Source: Thermodesulfobacteriota bacterium (lineage in GTDB: Bacteria; Desulfobacterota; Desulfovibrionia; Desulfovibrionales; Desulfohalobiaceae). Taken from it: a DNA stretch of 64,000 nt. The notes under the pieces were generated by a model, which saw only the letters and a program-made list of their open reading frames with translations, was not told the origin of the DNA and made no database searches. The stretch spans positions 11,888 to 75,887 of the forward strand of contig JBNJGM010000001.1 in assembly GCA_051747685.1 (NCBI GenBank), read 5' to 3'. Position 1 is the first letter of the stretch. Every line of letters starts with the position of its first letter. A program made the position numbers and the translations under genes. Shown piece by piece: positions 41,506 to 51,533 of this stretch.

Positions 41506-42071
41506 TGCTCCGGTCCCTCTGGGATATCTTTGCGAGCTTGATTGTAGCCAGCGCTAAAAGCCTTGAGGTTGACCTCCAGGATTTTGCCCGGGAGATTGGC
41601 CTCTAAGCTCCGTTTCATGGCCGCGCGGCGCACAAACGGCAACAGATGCGTTAACGCCCCAAGGGCCACGATATTTGTTGCCTGCACCAAGCCAATTTTT
41701 TCTCTGGCGATATCCGTACACGGAATCCCCCAAAACTGATTCGAGGGAGTCTGCAGTACCAAGCTGGTATCCACAAAAAGGCGGCCGGTTGGCTTGAGCC
41801 GCTGAAAATACCGGTTACACGCTTCTTGGCTTAAGGCGACCAAAAAATCGAGTTGTTCCGGTTTCGGGTAATTGATGGGCTCGGAATTGACCACCAGATC
41901 CGCTCGGGAAGCGCCTCCACGGGCTTCCGGCCCGTAGCTTTGCGTCTGGGTGACATAATAGCCATGCTCCAGGGCCAAGCCGTGGCCCAAAATACGACCA
42001 AGGGTCAATACCCCTTGGCCTCCGGTGCCGGAGAGGCGGATTTCGAACCGCGAAAGCTGCATCGATTTCAC
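41490..42071 (-). CDS. korC: 2-oxoacid:ferredoxin oxidoreductase gamma subunit
   Basis: GTGGQG and SYGPEARGG motifs. Confidence 0.9.
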   Translation of the reverse strand: MKSMQLSRFEIRLSGTGGQGVLTLGRILGHGLALEHGYYVTQTQSYGPEARGGASRADLVVNSEPINYPKPEQLDFLVALSQEACNRYFQRLKPTGRLFVDTSLVLQTPSNQFWGIPCTDIAREKIGLVQATNIVALGALTHLLPFVRRAAMKRSLEANLPGKILEVNLKAFSAGYNQARKDIPEGPEQWTFS

Positions 42072-42901
42072 CTCTGCTCCCCTTGTAATGCCTGCCGCAT
42101 CTGCGCGTAACGCTCTTCCAACCCACTCGTGTCGTGCTGTTCAAAAACACCTATGGGCATCCGTCCGGCGCGTTCTTCCTCTGAAAGTTTGGCATATCCT
42201 TCTTGAGATATCGTGCTCTTTTGCAAATCCGTATACATATCCACCACGGTTTTGAACTGGTTCTTACGCCCAAATTGGGTGTGGCAAGGGGTCAAGACCT
42301 CCACCACATTAAACCCCGGCCGGTCTAAGGCGGTGGTTATCAACCCATCTAACATTTTTGCGTGCATAACTGTCCCCCGGGCCACAAAATTCGCGCCGGC
42401 ACCGCGTAAAAGGTTGACGGTGTCGAACGGCGCTTCCAATTGGCCGTGCGGCGCCGTGGCCGTGCGGCAGGCTTGGGGACTGGTCGGGGAACTCTGCCCG
42501 CCAGTCATGCCGTAAATATTATTATTCAAAATCAGTGCCGTAATGCCCACATTGCGGCGCGCAGCGTGAATGAGGTGATTGCCGCCGATGGACAACGCGT
42601 CGCCGTCGCCCATGACCACAATTACCTTGAGCTTGGGATTGGCTGTTTTAATCCCGGTGGCAAAGGTCAGCGCCCGGCCATGCGTGGTGTGCAGGGTATT
42701 GAAATCAACATAAACCGCCATCCTCCCCGAACAGCCAATGCCAGCCACCAAAACCACCTCGTCTTTGGTGTAGGACAGGGCGTGGACCGAGCGGATCAAA
42801 GATCCAAGTACGATCCCGTGACCGCACCCCGGACAAAACACATGGGGAAATTTTTTGGAATGGCGCAGATAATCGTGGATCAATTGCGTAACTTCAGACA
42901 T
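42068..42901 (-). CDS. korB: 2-oxoacid:ferredoxin oxidoreductase beta subunit (TPP-binding)
   Basis: FCPGCG, GIGCS, HGRA, GDGD and NNNIYGMTGGQ motifs. Confidence 0.92.
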   Translation of the reverse strand: MSEVTQLIHDYLRHSKKFPHVFCPGCGHGIVLGSLIRSVHALSYTKDEVVLVAGIGCSGRMAVYVDFNTLHTTHGRALTFATGIKTANPKLKVIVVMGDGDALSIGGNHLIHAARRNVGITALILNNNIYGMTGGQSSPTSPQACRTATAPHGQLEAPFDTVNLLRGAGANFVARGTVMHAKMLDGLITTALDRPGFNVVEVLTPCHTQFGRKNQFKTVVDMYTDLQKSTISQEGYAKLSEEERAGRMPIGVFEQHDTSGLEERYAQMRQALQGEQR

Positions 42902-43064
42902 GGACGCTCTCGCTTGCTCGTTGAAAAGAAATTCGGCCTGCCTCCGTAAACAAAGCCCCCGTTCTGGATTTGCCCACGGTCTGCACGCTGTCTGTGTTCG
43001 TTAGCGGAAATTGCAAAAAGAATCCGTAAACGGGAATCCCGAATAAGAAAGCCTCACGATCCCT

Positions 43065-44213
43065 TCACGCCTTCATTAAAGTTTTCAACAATTCAGCCGG
43101 GGCGATGATCTGTCCATCGACCCGGTTCAGGGTCAGGACATGGGAACGTCCATTATTCACCCGCTTCACTTCGCGGGAGATCTGCCCCATATTCATCTCC
43201 GCCACCACCAAAGAACGGCATTGCCGCGTCAGCCGTTCCACTGCCGAGCGGGCAAAGGGAAACAGGGTATTGAGTTCCATAAGGCCAACCTTATACCCTT
43301 TTTCCCGCGCCTGTTCCACAGCCAGCTGGGCTGATCGGGCTACACACCCATACGTGATCACCGCTACTTCGGCGTCATCGGTATATTGTTCACGCACCAT
43401 CTGGATGTCGTAAAAAAATTGATCGATTTTACGGTGCACCCGTTTGACCAAATCATCGACTTCGTCGCTCTTGGAAGTCGGGTAGCCGTTTTCATCATGG
43501 GTCAATCCGGTGACATGAAAGCGGTAGCCACTGCCCAAGGAAGGCATGGGAGGCACCCCACGCATGGAATCTTCATAAGGCACATACCACTCCGGCGGCA
43601 TGGAAGGTGTTATGCGGGAAAGCACTTCGCATTCGGTAGGAGCGGGCACAAGGACCTTTTCCCGGGTGTGGGCCGTGACCTCGTCCAACAGGAGGATCAC
43701 CGGCGTACGGTATTTTTCGGCCAGATTAAAGGCGCGCACCGTCATATCCAGACATTGCTGCACATCGCTGGCCGAGAGAACGATGATCGGATGGTCCCCG
43801 TGCGTTCCCCAGCGGGCCTGCTGGACATCGCCCTGGGCCGGGCTTGTGGGCAGGCCCGTGCTCGGTCCGCCGCGCATGACATTGACTAAAACCAGCGGCA
43901 CTTCAGTCATGCAGGCGTACCCGAGGTGCTCTTGCATCAGCGAGAATCCAGGACCAGAGGTAGCGGTCATGGCTTTGCGCCCGGCAAGGGAGGCTCCGAT
44001 AACCGCCCCAAGGCCAGCGATCTCATCTTCCATTTGCAAAAAAACCCCGTCTTCTGTCAGCGGAAGACGGTTGGACATATGCTCCGCAATCTCAGTCGAA
44101 GGCGTTATCGGGTATCCAGCGAAATACGAACACCCGGCCAAAAGGGCGCCTTCCACCACTGCCTCGTTGCCAAGAGCGAACAATTCATAAGAGGCCGTTT
44201 TTTTTGAATTCAT
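43065..44213 (-). CDS. korA: 2-oxoacid:ferredoxin oxidoreductase alpha subunit
   Basis: GYPITP, QMEDE, TSGPG and RGGPSTGLPT motifs. Confidence 0.92.
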   Translation of the reverse strand: MNSKKTASYELFALGNEAVVEGALLAGCSYFAGYPITPSTEIAEHMSNRLPLTEDGVFLQMEDEIAGLGAVIGASLAGRKAMTATSGPGFSLMQEHLGYACMTEVPLVLVNVMRGGPSTGLPTSPAQGDVQQARWGTHGDHPIIVLSASDVQQCLDMTVRAFNLAEKYRTPVILLLDEVTAHTREKVLVPAPTECEVLSRITPSMPPEWYVPYEDSMRGVPPMPSLGSGYRFHVTGLTHDENGYPTSKSDEVDDLVKRVHRKIDQFFYDIQMVREQYTDDAEVAVITYGCVARSAQLAVEQAREKGYKVGLMELNTLFPFARSAVERLTRQCRSLVVAEMNMGQISREVKRVNNGRSHVLTLNRVDGQIIAPAELLKTLMKA

Positions 44214-44219
44214 AGAGGC

Positions 44220-44507
44220 TCACGTTGTCTCGTTCGGCGCAGCCGTGGGTTGGTTGTTGGAACATTGTGAAGTCGTATTCTCTTCCCCAGGGGCTGTTTT
44301 GGGGGTCACCACAATAGCAAAATCGGGGCAATGCAACTCACAAAACCCACAGTTGATACACTCTTCCGGCCGCACGGCTTCTGCCTTGTTTTGGGCGTTG
44401 AGTTCGAGGACCTTGCCAGGGCAAAAGGCCACACACAAGCCGCACCCCTTGCACCAGTCCGGATAGACCCAGACTTTGGTGTTCCCTTTTTTCGCGTTTT
44501 TCGGCAT
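44220..44507 (-). CDS. korD: 2x[4Fe-4S] ferredoxin (delta subunit)
   Basis: CKGCGLCVAFCP and CINCGFCELHCP; first gene of the kor operon. Confidence 0.9.
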   Translation of the reverse strand: MPKNAKKGNTKVWVYPDWCKGCGLCVAFCPGKVLELNAQNKAEAVRPEECINCGFCELHCPDFAIVVTPKTAPGEENTTSQCSNNQPTAAPNETT

Positions 44508-44589
44508 ACTGCGTACCCACTCGCGGTTGGTTTCCGATTACAAAAGTGGCTTAAATCTTTACCTCATCAATGCGAGATTGGCAACACGT

Positions 44590-45618
44590 ATGCAAACAAA
44601 GAAGCTGTTTATTTCCGAGCTGGAACAGGGCCATTCTATAGAGGACACCTTCTTGATTGCCGAAGCCCGAAGCGCTGAAACCCGCAACGGCAAGCCTTAT
44701 TGGGATCTTGTGCTCCAAGACGCCAGTGGTACGGTCGCAGCCAAAATATGGGCGCCGTTGAGCCAGCAGACCAATGGGCTTAAAGCCGGTCAATTCCTTT
44801 TTGTCCAGGCCAAAGTGGAGCTTTTTCGGGAGCAATTTCAGCTAAATATCAACACCCTTCAAGAAATAGATCCACAGCATCCTGGACTGGACTGGTCTGC
44901 CTTTGTGCCGCGCAGCACAGAGCCGCCAGAGGAAATCCTTTATGATATTGAGCGCTTATGCCGTGATGAATTACACTACAAGCCGTGGCGCTCCCTGTGC
45001 CGAACTGTTTTACGCCACCCGGAAATACGGTCCCGGTTACTCCAAGCCCCGGGAGCAAAATCCGTTCACCACGCCTACCGCGGGGGCTTGCTGGAGCATA
45101 CCCGCCAAGTTTGTCGCTTGTGTCTGAGTTTCGCCCAACAGTATCCGGAATTGGATAAAGAATTGCTCTTCGTGGCCGCGCTATTTCATGATTTGGGCAA
45201 AGCATGGGAGCTTGAGGGCGAGCTGGCCTGGGACCAAAGCGACGCTGGCCGGCTTTTGGGACATATCCAGCTTGGCCTGGACCACTTAGAGCCATTTCTC
45301 CAGCGGCAAAAACATCTCGATCCGGATCTCGCCTTGCATTTAAAGCATGTTATCCTCAGCCACCACGGAGAACTGGAATTCGGCTCCCCCAAACGACCCA
45401 AGACCCCAGAAGCCTTCGCCCTCCATTTTGCCGACAACCTTGATTCCAAATTGATGGTCGCCTCAAGCGCCTTAGACGCCCTCGACGGCACGGAACAAGG
45501 ATGGACTCCGAAAATCTGGTCATTGCAGCGACCCATCTTCAATCGTAAAACGACCCCTGCGCCGGACACGGCGCAAACCCCGAAGGAGGATCAATGTTCA
45601 TTACCTTTGAAGGAATAG
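44590..45618 (+). CDS. YhaM-like OB-fold + HD 3'-5' exoribonuclease
   Basis: GKPY..L.LQDASG OB fold, [17 protein letters not shown] and [14 protein letters not shown] motifs. Confidence 0.9.
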   Translation: MQTKKLFISELEQGHSIEDTFLIAEARSAETRNGKPYWDLVLQDASGTVAAKIWAPLSQQTNGLKAGQFLFVQAKVELFREQFQLNINTLQEIDPQHPGLDWSAFVPRSTEPPEEILYDIERLCRDELHYKPWRSLCRTVLRHPEIRSRLLQAPGAKSVHHAYRGGLLEHTRQVCRLCLSFAQQYPELDKELLFVAALFHDLGKAWELEGELAWDQSDAGRLLGHIQLGLDHLEPFLQRQKHLDPDLALHLKHVILSHHGELEFGSPKRPKTPEAFALHFADNLDSKLMVASSALDALDGTEQGWTPKIWSLQRPIFNRKTTPAPDTAQTPKEDQCSLPLKE

Positions 45619-46244
45619 AAGGGTGCGGCAAATCCACGCAATGCACCATGCTCGCCGAATGGCTCCGTGGCCAAGGTTTGGAGGTGGCCATGACGCGCGA
45701 ACCCGGGGGAAGCCCTTTAGGACACACCTTACGCTCCATTTTATTAAACATGAAAAATACAGATCTTACCGATGAAAGCGAACTCTTCTTATATCTGGCC
45801 GACCGCGCCCAGCATATCCACCAGGTTATCAAGCCTGCGCTTGAGCAAGACACCGTCATCCTCTCTGATCGCTTCGCCGACTCTACCGTGGTATACCAGG
45901 GCTATGGCCGCGGCCTCGACCCGCACTTGTTACACACACTCAACGAGGTAGCGGTCCAGGGATGCTGGCCCGATTTGACCCTCCTTTTCGATCTGCGCCC
46001 TGAATTGGGCCTAAAGCGAGCCATGGCCCGAAATTTCAAAGAAAACACTGCCGAACAGGAAGGTCGCTTCGAAGCGGAAAGCCTCGCTTTCCATTCCCGC
46101 GTCCGGGAAGGCTATTTGACTTGGGCCGCGTTAAACAAAGACCGCTTTCAAATCATTCCGGCCGAGGCGGATTCAGAAACCATTTTCAAGGAGGTCAAAA
46201 CAGCGATTCGCCGCCGCTTTGCCACCCAACTTGCCACGGCCTAG
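45594..46244 (+). CDS. tmk: thymidylate kinase
   Basis: [26 protein letters not shown] and PDLT motifs. Confidence 0.96.
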   Translation: MFITFEGIEGCGKSTQCTMLAEWLRGQGLEVAMTREPGGSPLGHTLRSILLNMKNTDLTDESELFLYLADRAQHIHQVIKPALEQDTVILSDRFADSTVVYQGYGRGLDPHLLHTLNEVAVQGCWPDLTLLFDLRPELGLKRAMARNFKENTAEQEGRFEAESLAFHSRVREGYLTWAALNKDRFQIIPAEADSETIFKEVKTAIRRRFATQLATA

Positions 46245-46416
46245 CCAAGTTGCCCAGCGCGGCAGATAAAAAGGGGCCGGGCCAAACGCACACACCACAT
46301 ATGACTATCGCGCCCCCCTGCCTAGCGAGACTTGTCAAGGCAGACAAAAATACCTACTGTATTGCACTGAATGTATCACGGCCCGACTTTCGAACCTATG
46401 GTCCTAGGAGGCGGAC

Positions 46417-46671
46417 ATGGCAGATATTACCCTCTACGCCCTGAGCACATGCGTTCACTGCAAACACGCCAAGGAATACCTTGAGGAACAAAATCAAGAA
46501 TATAACTGCATTTACGTTGATCGTCTCAGCGGAGAGGAGCGCAATGAAACCATTCGCACGGTAAAAAAATTCAACCCGAACCTCTCCTTTCCCACCGTTG
46601 TCATCGGGGACACCGTGATCGTTGGCTTCAAGAAAGAGGATATTGACCAAGCCCTGGAGGATCAGTCATGA
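46417..46671 (+). CDS. glutaredoxin/NrdH-like redoxin
   Basis: CVHC active site, SFP cis-Pro loop and VGF; AGGAGG RBS. Confidence 0.9.
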   Translation: MADITLYALSTCVHCKHAKEYLEEQNQEYNCIYVDRLSGEERNETIRTVKKFNPNLSFPTVVIGDTVIVGFKKEDIDQALEDQS

Positions 46672-47024
46672 ATGTTGAACAACTGTATGCAAAGCTGCGT
46701 GAAGTACAGGAACCAAAAGGGTACTATTTCAACACTGACAGCGACATGGTCATGGATCTCCTCCAGAGCCTGCTTATAAACAAAGAACGGTACGGTTATA
46801 TGGCCTGCCCCTGTCGTTTGGCCTCGGGCAATAAAGAACTTGATAAAGACATTATTTGTCCTTGTGTTTATCGTGAACCTGATGTGGCGGATTATGGAAG
46901 TTGTTATTGTGGACTGTATGTATCCAAAGAATGGAATGAGGGGCGCATCCCCCATGATTTCGTTCCGGAACGGCGCCCCTCGGAAAAAGTGCTCCAAGCC
47001 CTGTATTTCGCAAGCGAAGAGTAG
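46668..47024 (+). CDS. ferredoxin:thioredoxin reductase catalytic-subunit-like protein
   Basis: CPC, CPC and CYC motifs; ATGA overlap with the redoxin gene. Confidence 0.9.
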   Translation: MNVEQLYAKLREVQEPKGYYFNTDSDMVMDLLQSLLINKERYGYMACPCRLASGNKELDKDIICPCVYREPDVADYGSCYCGLYVSKEWNEGRIPHDFVPERRPSEKVLQALYFASEE

Positions 47025-47165
47025 TTTTTAATCCCGAGCCTGCCGCTAAGCGTTTCTGTATCGCCAACCACCATATACATTGACTCTGCCCAGCACCCGC
47101 ACTACAGCATTCCAACTCCGAAAATTGGATATGTTGCGGGACTGCGTAGCACTAAAGGAATTGAC

Positions 47166-47387
47166 ATGCGTGAAAAAATTGAAGCCGCTTTGGAGAAAGT
47201 CCGCCCTGTGCTCCAAGCCGACGGGGGAGACATCGAACTCGTTGAAATAACAGAGGATAATATCGTTAAAGTCCGTCTACAAGGCGCCTGTAAGGGGTGC
47301 CCGATGTCCCAAATGACCCTGAAAAACGGAGTAGAACGCGCCCTATTAAAAGAAGTACCGGAAATACAAGGGGTTGAATCGGCCTAA
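47166..47387 (+). CDS. NifU C-terminal/NfuA-like Fe-S carrier
   Basis: VRPVLQADGGDIEL and LQGACKGCP motifs. Confidence 0.92.
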   Translation: MREKIEAALEKVRPVLQADGGDIELVEITEDNIVKVRLQGACKGCPMSQMTLKNGVERALLKEVPEIQGVESA

Positions 47388-47474
47388 AAGCGCAAACGTC
47401 TCAGGAGCTTTTCTTGGAGTACGGCTGCGCGCATTGGGCAGCGCTGTTATTCAGAGATACGAGGTGCGCCATTG

Positions 47475-47503
47475 AAGGCGGGCAAAAGCCCGCCTTTTCT
47501 TTT
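47475..47503 (+). terminator. Rho-independent terminator upstream of gltX
   Basis: AAGGCGGGC-AAAA-GCCCGCCTT followed by TTCTTTT. Confidence 0.75.
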
Positions 47504-47533
47504 GGCCTGAACTACAGACATTAAGGAGTCACA

Positions 47534-48934
47534 ATGGAACCCATAATCACCCGCTTTCCCCCCAGCCCGACCGGCCATTTGCATATCGGTGGCGCTCGCA
47601 CCGCTCTTTTCAACTGGCTCATGGCCCGGCACGCTGACGGAAAATTCGTCCTGCGCATAGAAGATACAGATGCCGCACGCTCTACCCCGGAAATGACCGC
47701 AGGCATCTTGGAAGGTATGCGCTGGCTGGGGCTAGATTGGGACGAGGGCCCCTATTATCAAAGCCAACGCACATCCATATACCAGGAGCATATCGAGCGA
47801 TTATTGGCTGAAGGCAAGGCCTATTATTGTCAATGTACACCTGAAGAGGTGGAATCCATACGCGAACAAGCCCGGGCCCGCGGCGACAAACCCAAATATG
47901 ACAGCCGTTGCCGGGGCAAAAACCTTGGCCCAGGGCCGAACCGCGTTGTCCGCTTCAAGGCCCCGCAAAACGGAAGTACGGTATATACAGACAGTGTGCG
48001 CGGCGCCAATGCCGTGGACAACCAGGAATTGGACGATTTTGTTCTCAGACGCGCCGATGGCAGTGCGACGTACCAACTCGCCGTCGTCGTTGACGATGCT
48101 ACTATGGGCATCACCCATATCCTGCGCGGCGACGACCACATGAGCAACACCCCGAAACAGGTTCTGCTCTACGAGGCCTTGGGGTACCCCTTGCCGGTAT
48201 TCGGGCATGTGCCCATGATTTTGGGAGCGGACAAAAAAAAGCTCAGCAAACGCCACGGCGCGGCCTCTGTGCTGGAATACCGGGATCAAGGGTATCTGCC
48301 GGAAGCTGTGGTCAACTATCTCGTGCGCCTGGGATGGTCCTACGGCGATCAAGAAATCTTCACGCTCCCGGAATTAATCCAGCTTTTTTCGCCTGAGAAT
48401 CTGGGCAAATCGGCCTGCGTCTTTGATCCCGAAAAGTTGGAATGGGTCAACGCCCAACACATCAAACAGCGCCACCCCTGCGAACTCAGTCAGGACCTCA
48501 ATGCCGCTTTGGCTCGGGACGGCTGGCCCCAGGCCGATGCAAAATACCTCGAACGGGTTATCCCTTTATTGCAACCACGAGCTAAGACTCTGCGCGAAAT
48601 GGCGGATATGGCCTCGGTCTTCGTAGTATCCGAGAGCGACCTCGTCCGGGATCCGGACCTGGTAAACACATTCATCACTGCCGACATTCAGGCGCACTTA
48701 AACGCCCTGGCCTCGCGTTTGGAAAGCCTTGAGGAGTTCACTCAACCCGCATTGGAAACCGTACTTCGGGAATATCTCGAAGAAACCGGCCTCAAATTCA
48801 AGGTCTTGGCCCAACCGATCCGAGTGGCGCTCACCGGACGCAAGGCCAGTCCCGGGCTTTTTGAGATGATGGAAGCGATGGGACAAAACCGGGTCGTTCA
48901 CCGTTTCCGCGCCATGACTGAACACTCTGATTAA
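47534..48934 (+). CDS. gltX: glutamate--tRNA ligase
   Basis: RFPPSPTGHLHIGG, LRIEDTD and KLSKR motifs. Confidence 0.97.
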   Translation: MEPIITRFPPSPTGHLHIGGARTALFNWLMARHADGKFVLRIEDTDAARSTPEMTAGILEGMRWLGLDWDEGPYYQSQRTSIYQEHIERLLAEGKAYYCQCTPEEVESIREQARARGDKPKYDSRCRGKNLGPGPNRVVRFKAPQNGSTVYTDSVRGANAVDNQELDDFVLRRADGSATYQLAVVVDDATMGITHILRGDDHMSNTPKQVLLYEALGYPLPVFGHVPMILGADKKKLSKRHGAASVLEYRDQGYLPEAVVNYLVRLGWSYGDQEIFTLPELIQLFSPENLGKSACVFDPEKLEWVNAQHIKQRHPCELSQDLNAALARDGWPQADAKYLERVIPLLQPRAKTLREMADMASVFVVSESDLVRDPDLVNTFITADIQAHLNALASRLESLEEFTQPALETVLREYLEETGLKFKVLAQPIRVALTGRKASPGLFEMMEAMGQNRVVHRFRAMTEHSD

Positions 48935-48996
48935 AAACACTGCAGTAGGCCGTCGGCTTAATCGGGGCAAAACCACTGCAAAGTCGCAGCGGGCAC

Positions 48997-49038
48997 AAAA
49001 AAACCGGTCGCTTAGCGAGGTACGCTAAGCGACCGGTT
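48997..49038 (-). terminator. terminator between convergent gltX and rpmB
   Basis: Perfect 16-bp stem AACCGGTCGCTTAGCG / CGCTAAGCGACCGGTT with a T-run on the minus strand. Confidence 0.8.
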
Positions 49039-49083
49039 CTATCTGCCAGCCTTGGCCCTTTCAGGGGCTTCCCGGGGGCTAAG

Positions 49084-49281
49084 CTAAATCCGCGGCTTGG
49101 TGACCGCTCCGCTACGCACACACCGGGTGCAGGCTGTGACCTTTTTGACCTGTCCACTGGACAATTGGGTGCGCACGGGTTGCAAATTCGGCATAAACCG
49201 GCGCTTGCTCTTGTTATTGGCATGGCTCACATTGTTGCCGACTTGGGGCTTTTTGCCGCAAAAATAACATTCCTTACTCAT
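49084..49281 (-). CDS. rpmB: 50S ribosomal protein L28 (Zn-ribbon form)
   Basis: [27 protein letters not shown] and CTRC. Confidence 0.96.
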   Translation of the reverse strand: MSKECYFCGKKPQVGNNVSHANNKSKRRFMPNLQPVRTQLSSGQVKKVTACTRCVRSGAVTKPRI

Positions 49282-49506
49282 GTACAGCCTCCTTGCCCAT
49301 CCACGCTCGAGCCGGTTGCCTGAACGCTGGGTCTGCTCTATTTAAAAACCTGCCGACGGCGGGGACGCCGCTTGAACGCTCCCCTTACGCCGTTGCGCCA
49401 TCAAGTCAAAGGCCAATGCCCTACTCGTTTTTTTCATGCTTGGCAAGGGCCGGATCTTGACAAGTCCGACCTTTCCTGACTACACATTGCTGTTCGCGAG
49501 GCAATT

Positions 49507-50040
49507 ATGTCAACAACACATTGGGTAGCAATTACCACACTCCCGGCTGAAGGCCGGGAATTTACTTTTACCGACCAATCGTTTTGGTCGGAGCCGGTCC
49601 AAGAATTCGGGCTCAGTTGGCGCATCCTTGAAGCGCTGCGGGCTTCCGTCTTTTTGTTGCCACAAAAGGACGGGTGCTATATCCGCGGTTCACTTTCAGG
49701 AACCCTGGAAATGGCCTGCCACCGTTGCGCCGCCTCCGCTCGAGTTTGTATAGACCGCGAATTTGAAATCTTTGAACAACTGCCCCAGGAGTCCGAGGAC
49801 GACCTGGAAGCATTGACGCCCGGATTTTTACGTCAAAACGACGAAATTCTCGAACTCGACGTCGCCGGCATCCTATGGGAAGAACTCATGTTGGCCGTAC
49901 CGGACAAGGTTCTTTGCGGCTCAAAATGCCGTGGGCTTTGCCCGCATTGCGGCGCGGATCTCAACGCAGAGACCTGCGCCTGCACTGAAGACCACGGCGA
50001 TCCCCGCATGGCTGTTTTCCGGCAACTCAAAGTTCATTGA
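49507..50040 (+). CDS. yceD: YceD/DUF177-family protein
   Basis: CHRC, LC..CRGLCPHCGADLN and DPR motifs; upstream of rpmF. Confidence 0.92.
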   Translation: MSTTHWVAITTLPAEGREFTFTDQSFWSEPVQEFGLSWRILEALRASVFLLPQKDGCYIRGSLSGTLEMACHRCAASARVCIDREFEIFEQLPQESEDDLEALTPGFLRQNDEILELDVAGILWEELMLAVPDKVLCGSKCRGLCPHCGADLNAETCACTEDHGDPRMAVFRQLKVH

Positions 50041-50117
50041 TGTTCAGGCTTGGCAGTCACCTGGCTCCCGCCTGCGTTTTGTTTACAATAACACGAACCC
50101 AAATATCGAGGTGAAGT

Positions 50118-50306
50118 ATGGCCCTGCCGAAAAAGAAAACCTCCCGGTCCAAAAAGGGTATGCGGCGTTCCCACCACCGTGTTCCCAAACCCACGGTCGT
50201 GTATTGCGAATGCGGTGAACCCGCGTTGCCGCACCGCGTGTGCAGTAGTTGCGGCACCTATCGGGGCAAGCAGTATACAAAGGCAGCCGGGGATGAGAAC
50301 GCCTAG
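50118..50306 (+). CDS. rpmF: 50S ribosomal protein L32
   Basis: MALPKKKTSRSKKGMRRSH and PHRVCSSCGTY. Confidence 0.96.
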   Translation: MALPKKKTSRSKKGMRRSHHRVPKPTVVYCECGEPALPHRVCSSCGTYRGKQYTKAAGDENA

Positions 50307-51372
50307 GCGGCCCTGTATAGCCGTCGACGCCATGGGGGGCGATTTCGGCCCCCAGGTCGTCGTCCCCGGCGCTGTAAGCGCCGCTCAAGCTAACGGTCTT
50401 GGCTTGGTCTTTGTGGGCCAAGAGGAGACGATACAGCCGTATCTTGAGCAGACCGACACCTCGGGCATTGATGTCGATATTGCCGATGCCCGGGAAGTCG
50501 TGGCCATGTCGGACAAACCGTCCCAATTGCGCCGCAAACAGGACACTTCCATCCAAAAGGCCTTTTTGCTGGTCAAGAAGGGACAGGCCGATGGGGTGGT
50601 CAGCGCTGGCAACTCTGGGGCCAGTCTGGCCTGCGGCATGTTTACCCTGGGGCGGATTAAAGGCATTGAACGTCCGGCCCTGGCCTCCATTCTGCCCACC
50701 GAAAAAAACCCGCTGGTGCTTATTGATGTCGGCGCTAATGTAGATTGTAAAGCCCGCCACCTCTTTCAATTCGGTCTTATGGCCGACGTCTTGGCCCAGG
50801 ACGTCCTCAAGATCACCGCTCCCCGGGTGGGGATCCTCAGCATCGGAGAAGAGGAGGGCAAGGGCAATGCCTTGGTCCGCGACGCCTACACCATGCTCAG
50901 TCGCTCCTCTTTGAATTTCGTGGGCAACGTCGAAGGGCGTGATATCTTTGGCGGGGACATTGATGTGGCTGTGTGTGATGGATTTGTGGGCAACGTGGCC
51001 TTAAAAATAAGCGAAGGCCTGGCCACTTCGTTGTCCCGAATCCTCAAACGGGAATTGGCTACGGGCGTTTTAGCCAAAATGGGGTGTCTTTTGGCTCGGG
51101 ATGGCTTTCGCCGCTTTGCCAGACGCGTGGATTACGCGGAATACGGCGGCGCCCCTTTGCTCGGGTTAAACGGCATTACCATCGTCTGTCACGGCGCCTC
51201 TAACCGCAAAGCCATTTCCAGCGCCGTGGCTATGGCTGGCACTTTTGTCCAGAACAAGGCCAATGACCACTTGGTTCAAGGCTTAACGGAAAACACAGAG
51301 TTGTCGCTTTATGGGCGACACCCCGGGGCGACGGAAGAGCATTCGGAACTGCCCAAAGCCTCTTCTTCCTAG
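50293..51372 (+). CDS. plsX: phosphate acyltransferase PlsX
   Basis: IAVDAMGGD, SAGNSG, DVGAN, GEEEGKG and CDGFVGN motifs. Confidence 0.96.
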   Translation: MRTPRRPCIAVDAMGGDFGPQVVVPGAVSAAQANGLGLVFVGQEETIQPYLEQTDTSGIDVDIADAREVVAMSDKPSQLRRKQDTSIQKAFLLVKKGQADGVVSAGNSGASLACGMFTLGRIKGIERPALASILPTEKNPLVLIDVGANVDCKARHLFQFGLMADVLAQDVLKITAPRVGILSIGEEEGKGNALVRDAYTMLSRSSLNFVGNVEGRDIFGGDIDVAVCDGFVGNVALKISEGLATSLSRILKRELATGVLAKMGCLLARDGFRRFARRVDYAEYGGAPLLGLNGITIVCHGASNRKAISSAVAMAGTFVQNKANDHLVQGLTENTELSLYGRHPGATEEHSELPKASSS

Positions 51373-51533
51373 CCCATAGCGCAATCCGCCGGCGGGCGGC
51401 GGGTGCACATTTCTGGGAATGCGGCGCACCATTTCTGCCCCTTGAGGCGAATACGTCGCGTGGCACCATATTCGCTTTCACCATAAGTACCGCCGCAAAC
51501 CCTTGCTTTGTGGCGCGAGGTTCTTTGCCATTT

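Noticed and set aside
44579-44595. TGGCAA-CACGT-ATGC sigma54-like spacing
   Set aside because: It overlaps the start codon of the yhaM-like gene, so it cannot serve as that gene's promoter.
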